From: Antedon mediterranea
Taxonomy: Eukaryota > Animalia > Echinodermata
DNA length: 64,000 nucleotides
Direction of reading: 5' to 3'
Assembly: GCF_964355755.1 (NCBI RefSeq)
Contig: NC_092672.1
Span: 37,950,437-38,014,436 of the forward strand
The position numbers and the translations under genes are program-made. The notes beneath the pieces are model-generated. The model saw nothing but the letters and a program-made list of their open reading frames with translations, was not told the origin of the DNA and searched no databases. Of the stretch, positions 26,376 to 40,100 are shown one piece after another (position 1 is the first letter of the stretch; the number at the start of each line of letters is the position of its first letter).

Positions 26376-29300
26376 TTAACTAATAGGTTTGTGATTGATA
26401 GTTTTTATGTGAAGTGCCATATTATTTATGGGGTATAGTTTTCTCAAGTAATTCTTTATCCTACAACATTAAATAAATTGTATTAGAATGAATATCTCGA
26501 GACACACATATACCCCATTCACCTATAAACGTAGCATTATTTCTTCAACCTGGTTTAGCCTACGGTATACTGTTTAGTAGGGTTATCCTCGAGATGATAC
26601 TTATATTCTTGCTCCATGCTACACTGTGTAAAATACAACACTTTTATATTCAATATCATACCACTTTATTTATGTTACGGTGTTGACGTCAGAAGTCCAT
26701 TAGACTTAAATCGTGAATTTGTTTTGTGAACTCATTTTGTTTTCTCATTTCATAACATTTATTTATAAACTGTGATTGTTGTACAGTTTAGTGATTGGAT
26801 CGATTGGGTGATCAGTGAATCAGAAAACATGTTCCCGAAAGATGATTTTAAAAAGCAGTTTGTGTTGGGCGAGCCAAAAGAATAAAATACGAAAAAAATA
26901 ATAAATACGACAAATTTTCTCAAAAACGATGTTGGACTGAATTAACGTATTGCAGTGTGCAGAGCGTGTCAATGGAGGATAGCGGTTCGACAATCGAGTT
27001 TTCGTTTCTAAATAATACGACATAAATGTTTTTTAGCCATAAAAATAAGCCTTGCTCCTTTGGTTTGTCCCTCCATTTTTGCTTTATTTTAACCATTTAT
27101 CTCATCAAATAATCTTTGAAATTTGGAAAATAAATTGAAATCTTGAAATCAAATCTTGACTTACATACAGGAATAAGTTAGACAGGCGTTTACTCATAAA
27201 TGCCAGTAACATATGGATTGCTATAACTGTACATTGACGTTGTATTAATGTGTTATTTTCTTAGCTGTTCATACACTGAACGTTAAATCACAGTCGCGTG
27301 TTCTGTCTCGTTTGCCTCAGGCTTAGTAACATTAATGTATTTTTTATAAGATTTGTTACTTATAACTTACGCTATTAAATTATAACTTGTAGTCTAATTT
27401 GATTGCGAATTTAGGTCATCAAAGTACATAGGCAGGCAGGAGCATTTCGATTTGGTTAGATGTGTGTCCTTGCCAACTCTCTATTGCTTTTTAATAATCG
27501 GTGATGAACGAAATGGTTGCGTATTCAATCTACAGGCTATATACAATAGTTCACCTAAATCAATCCACCACTCGTGCACACATGTTCCTATATTGTGTAT
27601 TATGGCATGTGCTATTATTTTCTCATAAATTATTATTGTAATGTTTATATCCAACATCAATATTCAATATTCAGATCATTCGAGTAGTTTAAATATTGAA
27701 TACTTGAAGTCGGTGATTAAAAACAGAGATTAGGTCTAAACATCTGTGGACCTTGACAGAGGATACACCTGTTAAGTGGAAACTTTGTTGAGATGAAAGT
27801 GTCCACTTAATAGATGTTATATATTAAAATATATAAATTAATTATATATTAAAAACAAATAATCAAACGGTATTCAGCCAATACAAGTTCCGTTCCATGC
27901 ATGTGAAGATGTTTTATTGATTAATACCTATGGACGATCACGGTGTCTTAAAAAGCCGGAATATTTCCCAAAGTGTCAATTAAATTATGGACGTTGTTAT
28001 ATTAATTATCATCGCAAGATAACAATTAAATGGTAGAATCAATACATGGTGGAACTGACTTGGCCACAGTCACGATCTGCTTTGCGCAATTTAATATTCT
28101 TGCAATTTTTGCGTTCAATAATCATAAACAGAACAATATATGGATTATTATGGGTCAAATACACAGAGAGCCGGCCCCACATGGCGTTAAACAAAATAGA
28201 TATTCTTAGTTTTACGCGCGTGCTTATATTGCGAATATACAACATTAATTTCGTTAGAGTCACGTTTTCCAAGACACAAGCGTTTTGTGTGCTTGCTTCT
28301 TCGTGGTGTGCCCGATGGCGGTTTAGAATTCTTCTGTAGGTTTGCACATTAAAAATAAACACAATACATAATTTGAATCAAAATGAGTCCTTTAATTGCC
28401 AGGCTCGGGGATCCAGATTCATTGTGAGGAGATAGCACATCGTGATGATGAGCGAGTAGTGTGAGGTAACGAGGCCTGTATTCATTGACAGTAAGATATG
28501 ATGAGTGTTGAAATTGTAGGTCTGTCTGTGTTTTCTGATATGAGCTACTGTATTAAGTTATGGCCTAGGTGCTACTACTGACTACTTGAACGATTGTAGG
28601 CCTGGTTAAAACAATTTGTTAGCACTAAAATGACGATAGGTCAATCATATACGTAAGCCTACTTTTCTATACTTGACATGTATACATTACGGTACTGTTA
28701 AAGCGGTTTAACACATTCATAAACATACCAGTATGTTTTTAAAATTAATAACTGAATAATAACAAAAGTGTATAGCTTGTAGTAGCATAGTGGTAGGCTT
28801 AATTAACATTGGTGTGATATGCGCTGTTGTCACGTCAACTTACTTGTGATTGGTCAAATCACTTGCGTTGCGCGTAAATCCCTGCGTTAAGTCCTATCAA
28901 TCACAAAGCGATGGTTGATGATTGGTCAATACTGTCGTTTTGTGGTGTACGTCATGGCAATCAATAAAATCATGATAATTACGATGACCTGATACAGTGC
29001 CAAAATATGTGCATTGGTCGTCTTTGTGTGTTAGTTCTCAAAAGGTTATTATTGTGTGTGTGTGTGCATATCAATGTGATCTATCTCTCGATTACATCGA
29101 CCAAAGTGCACGTTGTGGTAATTAATAGGTTAAACGTGTATATATCACGGATAGGCTGTTTTAGTTACAAAATAGTCTGTGCGACGATTTGTTAGAGTAT
29201 ATTCTGATCTCTTTATGTATACGACAAGCTTCATTGGTTTTTTACAATATTTATTAGACGATAGTACAGCATGGGAATTAAGCCTACGCCCTGAATCTGA

Positions 29301-29659
29301 ACCTAACTCAAAGGGCAGTTATAGTTTTTGGTTGGTATTTCCGGTTGGAATCGACAATCTGAAGGCCTATCACCACTTACCTGATCAAGTATCAACCAGT
29401 GCTCCACAACAGGCTAAAGGATGTCCTATTTGATGAAGATTGTTGAGTGTGTGTGAGTGTTAGGATACTATTATTAGGCTTATGATATGATACTTCTGGC
29501 GTTATGGTAAGAACCATTCTATCTATAGGAGAGTATAATTACACGGACCTTGCTAGATGAGATTTTATTTGACTAAGTTGAGTGTTAGGGTATAGGCCTT
29601 CCTAACTATAAAGGCCTATGCTTTTATACTTTTATAATATGTTCTGATTCATATATTTT

Positions 29660-29888
29660 GTACTGACGAGAGTCTAATTAAACGGACGTTGAAGTGTTAG
29701 GGTATAGAGGCCTATGTGTTTTTATACTTCTGATTCATATGTATAATAATAATATGTACTGACGAGAGTCTAATTACACGGACGTTGAAGTGTTAGGGTA
29801 TAGAGGGTGGCCTATGTGTTTTTATACTTCTGATTCATATGTATAATAATAATATGTACTGACGAGAGTCTAATTACACGGACGTTGA
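29660..29888. repeat. Tandem repeat, ~97-100 bp unit, ~2.3 copies
   Basis: gtactgacgagagtctaatta(a/c)acggacgttgaa at 29660, 29756 and 29856. Confidence 0.7.
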
Positions 29889-30745
29889 AAGATGAGGCTT
29901 TTAGCGAAGTATAACTGATGTACACTTCACATTTTAAGTTGAATTGCATTTATTTTTATAAAGACTGATGGCACGGTTGTTTACTGTATGGCACGGTTGT
30001 TTACTGTACAAGATACACACGGTAGACAGACAAACTTAAGTCTATGCTTGATTGTTATAAGGCCAACTACTTGTCATTACTTTGAATTTCGTCTATATTG
30101 TAGATAGTCATAAACACGTGACACAAAAGCGACAAGGTTTTTACTACGGTTTAACAAACACAGCGATAAATGTTCATTACTTATGCTATTATAGCTAAAC
30201 GCTTGTTGGCTATAAAAACACGAGTGTTTACACTTCGTGTTGTTAAATGCTACTTTGCACTGAATCCGTTACGTTTCCACGTATAAGACCTGCTACGTTT
30301 TCACGTATAAGACCTGCTTCGTTTCCACGTAAGACCTGCGTTGATTGACTAGGCCTACATTCGTGAGAGCAGCTATCGTGTTTACAAGTTTCATCAGTTG
30401 TTAGTTTGAATAATTAATGGTCTGTTATTATAGACAGTAGACTACATTAGGATTTCTACATAAAACAATGGGCAACATCTGTTGTGTTCGCTTTCTTTCA
30501 CTCTCTACATTGTTGTGGCTAGGATTAGGCCTAAATAATCCCAGGTTAAGGTTGGCAAATACTAAGTACTGTAAAAACGTTAACTGTAATTCCATGTTAC
30601 TTTTACTGCTGCTGCTGCTGCTGTACTACAACGTATACTCAGTCTGCGTGTAATATTTGAGACCCCTTCAGGACCCAACAAAATATCCTCTGCCCCTCAT
30701 GCGTTTCCCATATTATAAGGATGTCCACTGGATATTAGTGTCTAC

Positions 30746-30909
30746 GCTCTGTTTACACTATCAAACTTGATATGATAAAACAATATGATGTGCCCATACA
30801 GGACATGATGATGTCATATCACTACTATATTTGGGCATATCACTACCATATTTGGGGCCGGCACATCACACTTTTGTTTGTCAAACTAGTTTGATAGTGT
30901 AGACAGAGC
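30746..30909. mobile_element. Harbinger/Tourist-like MITE, family A
   Basis: TIR gctctgtttacactatcaaac / gtttgatagtgtagacagagc, with internal gatgtgcccata / catatttggg motifs. Confidence 0.75.
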
Positions 30910-31110
30910 ATTAAGTGAAGTGTTCTGTAATACATGACAATATTAACACTCTTATTGTTATGTGATTATCTATTCTACCTGTTTTGTTTATTTCATAGGT
31001 AAACCACAATACACAATCATATGGGAGTAGCAGGATGTTACGACACTCCACCTCTTTTACCTTGACAACAAGTGGCTTGTAGGAACTACACCACAGAACC
31101 AAAGAAAACA

Positions 31111-34100
31111 ATGGTTACGCGTTTTTTAATCGGATACTGGAAACGAGGACGGCTCGTATGGCAACTCCTTCTCTTTCTCTGTATAATATCGCCACTTTAT
31201 TTATGGATGCAATTAAAGACTGTGGACGGAGAAGGTCCACTTGGACTGTCTGAAGAACGACAAGTCCGAAATGAACCTCTGGTCAAGGATGGACCACTAT
31301 TTAATGGGGAAAGTGAAATGGAAATGATTCGACCAAAAGGAATATTTAAAAATAATTCAATCAATGAATTGGTAAAGACTACATTTAGAAAAACTATTAT
31401 AAAAAGTAACGATACTCAGGTCAGCAGTACACGTAAACAAAAACGGACGAGTATTAGGTTCGATAATGTTGAAGGTAAGTAATCAATAATCAATAATTAA
31501 GTCACGTGTCTGATCAATCAATAATTTCAATTTATGTAATTGTTTCATTATTTTTAAATATATGTATTATTTTTATTTCCACTGATGAAGAACTAGTGTT
31601 GCCCGAAAGCTCTGCTACTTTTTCTGGCTGTTTTATCGTTTTAATTTAGTTTTTTGCCTATTTTATTTTTCCATTGAGATCCAGCCACTGATACACACAG
31701 CATTGTCATTTTGTATCTCCATTGAGATCCAGCCACTGATACACACAGCATTGTCATTTTGTATCTCCATTGAGATCCAGCCACTGATACCCACAGCATT
31801 TTCATTTTGTATCTCCATTGAGATCCAGCCACTGATACCCACAGCATTGTCATTTTGTATCTCCATTGAGATCCAGCCACTGATACACACAGCATTGTCA
31901 TTTTGTATCTCCATTGAGATCCAGCTACTGATACCCACAGCATTGTCATTTTGTATCTCCATTGAGATCCAGCCACTGATACACACAGCATTGTCATTTT
32001 GTATCTCCATTGAGATCCAGCCACTGATACCCACAGCATTGTCATTTTGTATCTCCATTGAGATCCAGCCACTGATACACACATCATTGTCATTTTGTAT
32101 CTCCATTGAGATCCAGCCACTGATACCCACAGCATTGTCATTTTGTATCTCCATTGATATCCAGCTACTGATACCCACAGCATTGTCATTTTGTATCTCC
32201 ATTGAGATCCAGCCACTGATACCCACAGCATTGTCATTTTGTATCTCCATTGAGATCCAGCCACTGATACCCACAGCATTGTCATTTTGTATCTCCATTG
32301 AGATCCAGCCACTGATACACACAGCATTGTCATTTTGTATCTCCATTGAGATCCAGCCACTGATACCCACAGCATTGTAATTATTTTCAGTAATTTGCCT
32401 TTGGATTTACATTATTTTTATTTTATATATATATATTATCATTCATGTTTTCTTCCATAGTCTTACAGTATAACAGACCTATGTATATTAATTTCAAAGA
32501 TTATGAACTGAATGTGTTTGTAAATTATAAAGAATTCATAGCCCCTCCCGTTCGAAATGATTATACTGTACCTGTATCTCGACAATGTCCTCTGTGGCTG
32601 CTAACGTGTTCAGTTGGCATGGCAACTTTTACCGCTTGTCTGTCAGTTTCTGTATATAATTACATAATAATAACATACCTATGTAAATTTCACAGATATA
32701 AAACTGAATGTATTTGTACATTTTAAAGAATAAATAGTAAAATATAGCATCTGTGCAAATAAAGCCCATTGGAAATATTCTTTTAATTTTTATTTGCTCG
32801 TCCGTAACAGTAATATTCTGTCAAAATTACTGGGTTTTTGCAATGGAAGGTGCCTTTGAGCAATTGGTTAAAAATTCCCTTTGTGGCAATTACGCGTTCA
32901 TAATTACGTGTACAGGAGTGCGTGCAAATGTTGATACGGCTTTTGTATAAGCCAACGATTTGTGAGGAGATGACACAAATGAAACTAATGACAGTACTAC
33001 AATATTGCGAGCCTCTGCATCCCCTTTATGCGTTCATATTCAATACAGGGATTTGAAAAACTGAATAAGTGTTTTTGATGATGACGACTTAGACAATTAA
33101 AAAAAAATCATTGTTACGCATATTGGTAGAACATATCCACTGTAAAAACGAGTCATTACGCACACTGGTGGATCCGATCTACGGTTACTACAGGTAATTT
33201 CACCGTAAATTAATACATATTATTAAAACTAATCACATGTACACGATACTGTCATTCATACGCTTGTTTTACTATGAATTAATTTATAATGCGAATTTGT
33301 GTGATTAGAATGTGGTAATATCAGAAAATCTTAAATATGAAATCACACAATAGAAACAATATGATGTTTATATTTAGGCCATAGCCATACAATGCATCAG
33401 TATTTTTGGGATGATTTTTTTGTTATAAACACCTCGAATAATTCATTATGCCATTGATTACTGTCTTTACGTCTTGTACGTGAAATTTACAATATTGACA
33501 TAATTAAACATATTAAAATGTCATCGAAAAAGTTATTGATTATGAATCATGAATAATATTTTATTTATTTGTCTGTAAATTGTACGTGGTTGGATTTACA
33601 AAATGATTCCCGTCGTACAGTATGTACTCTAAATACTCAACTGCATTTTCTCTTTATGTCCATTCCTCATCTTGTTTCATAATACATCGTAATGCATTAA
33701 AATGGCAATTTGTCGGAAGTGTGTCACTTACTAATGATATGGCTTCGTTTTTATGTCAAAGTTTAACTAGCTTTGGGCCAATTAATTAGTGAATATTTTC
33801 TAGTCAAGATTCATCCTCGTTGCGCATGCGTATTACGCCAACTGTTGGATTATGTACGCTCCTCTCATAATGATGGTCTATAATGCACTACTACAGTACG
33901 GTAGGAAATGGTAAATGAAATGTATTAAGCTTCTTACTGTACTTATTCAATAATATCATGTAATCAATAATAATATCACACTTCCAGCCAGTATTGTATG
34001 CGTTTCTATAAATATCGCGTCAGAAATACGTTATTAATTTAACACGAATCAGACATATATTATTACCAGATGAACGAATACACATTTAATATAACGCATA

Positions 34101-37100
34101 CGATTTCAAATATAGTTTTCAATGTACTCTATAGCGTTTTAAACACAGGTTTAACAAGCACTTGGGTTCAGTGTGTCCAGGAAGAAGGGCAGCCCTATGG
34201 TGAGGTGCGGATAACAGTTCATGGCCTCTGTTGCATGGTTGGTAAACCTTAGCAAAGTTGTTAGAAATCGTTTTAGATAATCATTTGTAATACCACTTCC
34301 TTCATCCGCCTCAGTATCCGCCTTACATTTTAAATTGTCAGGTTTTTAGGATACGTGCTCATGATGGAACATTTCCATTAACATTCACTAATTACTATAC
34401 GTCAATATCCTGAAATCGAATCATGTACTTTCACACGTCTAAATATCTGTCTACACTATCAAACTTTACAGTATAATGTGACAAAAAAATGTGATGTGCC
34501 CATATATGGACATGATGATGTCATATCACTACCATATTTAGGCATATTATCAAGACTATATTTGAGCATATATCACATTTTTTTGTCAAAATAGTTTGAT
34601 AGTGTAGAAAGAACTTAAAATATGTCCAGCGGAATCGATTTTCCAGCGTACCCAGCTTAAGCTGCGTTTGATGCGCTTTTTTACGCATCAGTATTATGCA
34701 GGTCCATTTATACATATCTACTCTCTCATGCTCACAGTACTACTTTAGGCCTAGGCCTATATTGAATCTACTCTCTTCTATCATTTTTACAGTACTACTT
34801 AGGCCTATGAATCAAGGAAGTTTGAAATATTTCCCATGATTAAATCCCTTACCGTCTTCCTTCTTCTACCCTCTCTTCCATTACAACTGTGTCTTAAAGC
34901 TAATAAGATTTCTGTGTTATGCTATTCTACTATACAGTATACATTGAATTAGAAACTAGGCCTAGCCTACATCTGTATGCATCTCCCGGGAGTGATAGAA
35001 GACGGTTCCACGGACATGATTTATCACTGATCATGTAATGATCGCGCTATGGGATTCAAGACGATCTCAATACAAACATTTATTGGTTTTTCATAATTTG
35101 GTATCTTCGTCTTTTCTGGATGTGCATTCTCGACCTGTTTTAAATAAATATATTCCATCATGGATCTATCTGCTGCTATATTGTCTGTTTATTGGTAAAA
35201 AGTGATTTTGATCTTTTATAGGATATGACATTACTCAGAAATCCGTTACCGTTTTTATCGGCCCAACCTGATTGATAAGCTACTGTATCCTACAAGTTTA
35301 TCTACTAAGACTATGTTCACACATGCACTAGAGTTAACTCCGTTAAATTCTACGTACGAACGCCGCCTAAGCTGATATCCGCGTTACACACGATCTAAGT
35401 GCTTGTGTGACTCTACTATTCCCATGTGTCGAATATCTCCGAGAGGTACTCAAATGTAACATATTTAAGATTGTTTACTGCTATTTCGTAAGGCTTGGTA
35501 AATGAATAACTTGATTAGAAAAAAAAAAGCTAACTTTAAACAGAATTTTCGTGTGAAACCAATTTTATAAATAGCGCTATTGGTTCCGTCTGTTCCATTG
35601 TGTGGAGAAGATACTGGAAGCGATGTGACAAACTGTAGATAAAAACAACAGTGATTGATGTAGAAATGACAGAGAGAGATTACAGAAACCAATTCCATCA
35701 TTTCTCGAATACACTACCACAGTACATTCAGTAGGCTAATTGAGACTGGGTGATTAACTATTCATTATAAGTAGTGTAAATCCGTGTTTCACTGCCAGTG
35801 TGTGTGGAGTTAAATATCATCAGATAGGCATAACAATCGTTCGCTAGTCGCTATATCAATGTTAACTGTTTGTATTATATATACAAGTAACTCTTAGCAA
35901 ATTGGGTTTAAACCAGTAATACGCACCCGACTCTCAATGCTTTATCTATTTTCAAAGTATCATAGGAATATTTGGTAATACAGCATCTCATTTATATCAC
36001 ATGTGGTGCCTGTATCATGTACTAAAAGTTAGGTTTTTCTACTAGACACATTTCAAACACATGTGATGTATTACCAAATATTCCTAAGATACTTTGGAAA
36101 TTGTTACAGTACCGAGAATTGGCATTACGTAATACGGCAAGATGGACCCAATACTCAAAATACTACATCATTTATTAATATTTGTTTGCATTATTTTATA
36201 ATAATCTGTAAGTGTGTAGCTGTCTTGTTCATTTCGTTGATGTGTTTGAGGTCATGCAAATATGATACAAAATGAATATTAGCACGGTGCTATTCTATAT
36301 GCTATTAAATGTTATCATTCATTGTGGAACAATGGAGAAATGTATTACATTTTATAATCAATTATTATCCTACCCTCACATTTATTTATTATAAAGATAA
36401 ACTAGGTATACTACGTGCTTTATTCGTTATTTTTTTTGGACTGTTGAGATTTTACGTGATACTGTGGGGATAGATTCGTGCAAAATGATCCTGCAGTATT
36501 CGTTGTTGTTTTATACGATTATTATTCAACCGACAAATATGATTTAAACAATTATATAATCGAGTAGTACGGTATAATGATTGTTCATTCGGGTTGATTA
36601 CAACTCGAAAGAGACGCCGCATATTAACGATCATATTAACTATCTATAAATGTTATATTGTTCTTTCGGTTTTGGAAGACAATGTTAATATTGTCATGAT
36701 GTTTGTAAAGCTTTGTCTACACTATCAAACAAAAAAGTGTGATGTACCCAAATATGGAGTGATATGCCCAAATATGGTGGTGGTATGACATCATCAAGTC
36801 CATGTGCACATCGCATTTGATAGTGTAGACAGAGCTTTAGTCAGTTTCATTGTCATAACATGTCATAACATGTTTACTATATTTACCTAATTTATGTTAC
36901 AGTGTAATCTGATGATTGTCCTTAACGTAGGGTTTTTTCTTAAATTGACAGCAATGGATCTAGGTTGCTATAGCGACGTTGTACATATGGATAAGCGTAC
37001 GCTAAGAGATTCGTTCAGTTCAGACGTGAAGAGAATGACCATTTCACGTTGCGTTAAACAGTGCAGTAATAAGTAAGTACTTATTTGCAAATTAGGTAAT

Positions 37101-40100
37101 AACTAATTAGCATATGCATCTACTGATTTATGGTCGTTACATTGTAATTACCATATTATCGCAGTTTCCTCCTCAATATATTTTTTTATAGTGTTGATAC
37201 AATGATATTGATTTTATTTATTTTCTTTCCATTTATTGATTGTTTGAATAAAAAATCATCAAATATTAGTATTTTACTAATTATTACAATACAATCGAAT
37301 TATGATTCTTGTGATTTTAATTTTTTTTCACACAAATTATACAGGAGGTTGTCAGCGGAACTTGTGCCACATAATGTACACTCGGAGTACATCAGCGTAA
37401 TTAGCTTGTATTGCGTTACCATTGTATATTGTCGTTACAAAGTATTCGCTAATTGCATTTCGCTCAGCATCATTAAAGACAATATAATGCCCATTTTATC
37501 TGTAGATGATAGCAGCACGTTCTTGTTGTTGTCTGTTATTGACACCATGAAAGACACGCGCTTACTTTGACGCACGCGTTCCGCATACTTTGTAGCACGC
37601 GCGAGTTACGCATACTTTGACGCACGCGTTCAAATGATGATGATAAATGGTTAGGATAGGTTCCGACTAGGTCACGAAAAGCAAATACATACAACGCAAG
37701 TAATTTGAGAAATACAGAAGTGAACGTCGCTTGTGATTGTTCAAATTACTTTTTGGCTTTTGTGCGCACGCGTCAACTTGATGTCTCTGTCACACAGTCG
37801 ACCAGTAAACATACACAATTCAAACAAAGAAACAAAGAATCACTTCTCACCTGGTCCATTCCCAGAGAGAGAAGAAAGGGCCAAGTGATTGACAAAGAAT
37901 CACTTCTCACCTGGTTCATTCCCAGAGAGAGAGAAGAAAGGGGCAAGTGATGGACAATTGTCAAGTCACCACGTGTTAATACTTTTGAAAGTAGGCCTGC
38001 ACAGCGCAGTGCATACTTTTTGTTTAAACTCAGAGAGTAACCTATAGCCTATAAGTATATGTTTAATGTATGACTAATGTATATCATGTCTAGGGTCCTA
38101 TATTCAAAATGTGTTTTTTAAGCACGTGCACTGAATGTTATATTAGTGTTATAGCTAGAGACATTAATTCCATACGGCCATATGTCAAGATAATACTTAC
38201 TTAAATTGCCTTTGTTTGCTGGTAGTAACAACACACGATTGTGAGATTCATTAAACCAAATATTGTTTTATGTTCGTTATGAAATGTATGCCTTGTCAGT
38301 CAACTAAGGAATAATGTTAGTTAGTGTGTAACCCTATTAATCACACTTTATTTTGTTAAGTGTTCATAGTGTTTGTATAGTGATTCGGCCTTTATTTGAC
38401 CAATATCTACATACAACACACACAGTTTTAATTTGCCTTAAAGTTAAAGAGTTAAACAAATTATAATTCAAGTACCGGTAGTGAAGAGTTCCAATTCTGT
38501 TTCTGCTGCTAGAAACGCATGAATAAAGTTAGAATGTGTGTCTGCTATTGCTGTCAGGACATGGATATTGTATTACATTTATTCATATGTTTTATTAATG
38601 CTTATTCAATATCAATGTTATATTATTATACAGAATCATTTATTAGAATAAACAGTATGTGTGGTTGTAACATACAGAACTATTTTGTATTTAAAATTGA
38701 ATCAAGCTAAATATGGAGTGTCAAAATATATCAAAGGAGATTTGGTTTTTACTCCAACAATCTGCAGCGCTTTAAATCAAAGTTAGGCAGGCATACTATT
38801 TCTTCAAAGTCAGTAGTGTTTGTAATATACAAACGTATGATGTATATATTCTATAGGCAAAAATTAATTTGCAGATAACTGAAATAAAAAACCAAATCGA
38901 TCGATCAATACCATAAGATTGTATTTTTTACTGTGACAGACACCGTGTAGCCTACTGTGGAATTAATATAATTTAATAACCTACACTTTTCCTAACGAAT
39001 GACTGCAGAAATCCCAGAAGTACCGAAATTCATCTGATGCCTTTGTAAATTATTTTGGTATTTTAATTTCACAGACGTTTTCGATATGCGGGCCTAGAAT
39101 ACCGAAGCGAATGCTATTGTGGCAATGAGGTATTCAATGCGAAAACGGACGAAGCGTCCTGCGACCTGAAATGTTCTGGAGATGAATCACAGGTTTGTGG
39201 CGGACCTAATGCTGTATCTATCTATGAAATAATGGCTAGTGAGAGACAACCACAGAGGAAACAATTTTCACGTGATAACTCGAAAAGCGGATATAAATGT
39301 ACGTATTGGTTTGGAAAATGAATGTAGAGAAGAAACCAACATCGCGACAAGTTATGAGAACACTTTCTAAAGCTTTGTCTACACTATCAAACTAGTTTGA
39401 CAAAAAAATGTTATGTGCCCAAATATGGTACTGATATGCCCAAACATGGCAGTGATATGACAGCATCATGTCTATATATGGGCACATCACATTATTTTGT
39501 CACATAAAGTTTGATAGTGTAGACAAAGGTTAAGCATCAATTCTAGTAATCGCGACTTTTTGTTTTGACCACTCGCCATTACTATTTATGTAAACCTCGA
39601 ATAAACCACTCATACTCATGCGGACATGCGCAGAATGAATCAATACCTGCGTAGTCGTGAAATTGTAATCTTGGGAAGAAGCCCATCTAAAAAAATATTA
39701 TAATAAGCCCCAACCAAAAATTATATCTCATCTAAAAAAGAAAACCCAATATGAAGAGCATGAAAACGTACCGTAACTTATCCTAAAGGAACGCCCATTG
39801 ATCCTTGATGTAGTCTAATCTTGGGAGAGGGATTATTTAGAATTCCTGGTCTAATCCAGACATTTTAATATAACCATTTTTTATGCCCATAACTTGACGC
39901 ATTGTTTATTATATTTTGTTTAATAAAAGTAATTTTAGATATACAAAATTGTTTCGCAATTTCCAAGGCCAATGGTAATCACTCTAATGATACATTTCGT
40001 ATCTTTTAAATTGACTTTTACGCCATTGAGTCATAATTAGTTATTGTATTCCACACAATAAAACCATTTTTGCATAATATCATGATCAACATATCCATTT

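Noticed and set aside
31641-32380. Three overlapping repetitive ORFs (225-244 aa)
   Set aside because: By-products of a 48-bp intronic minisatellite; the WSCD exons splice in phase without them.
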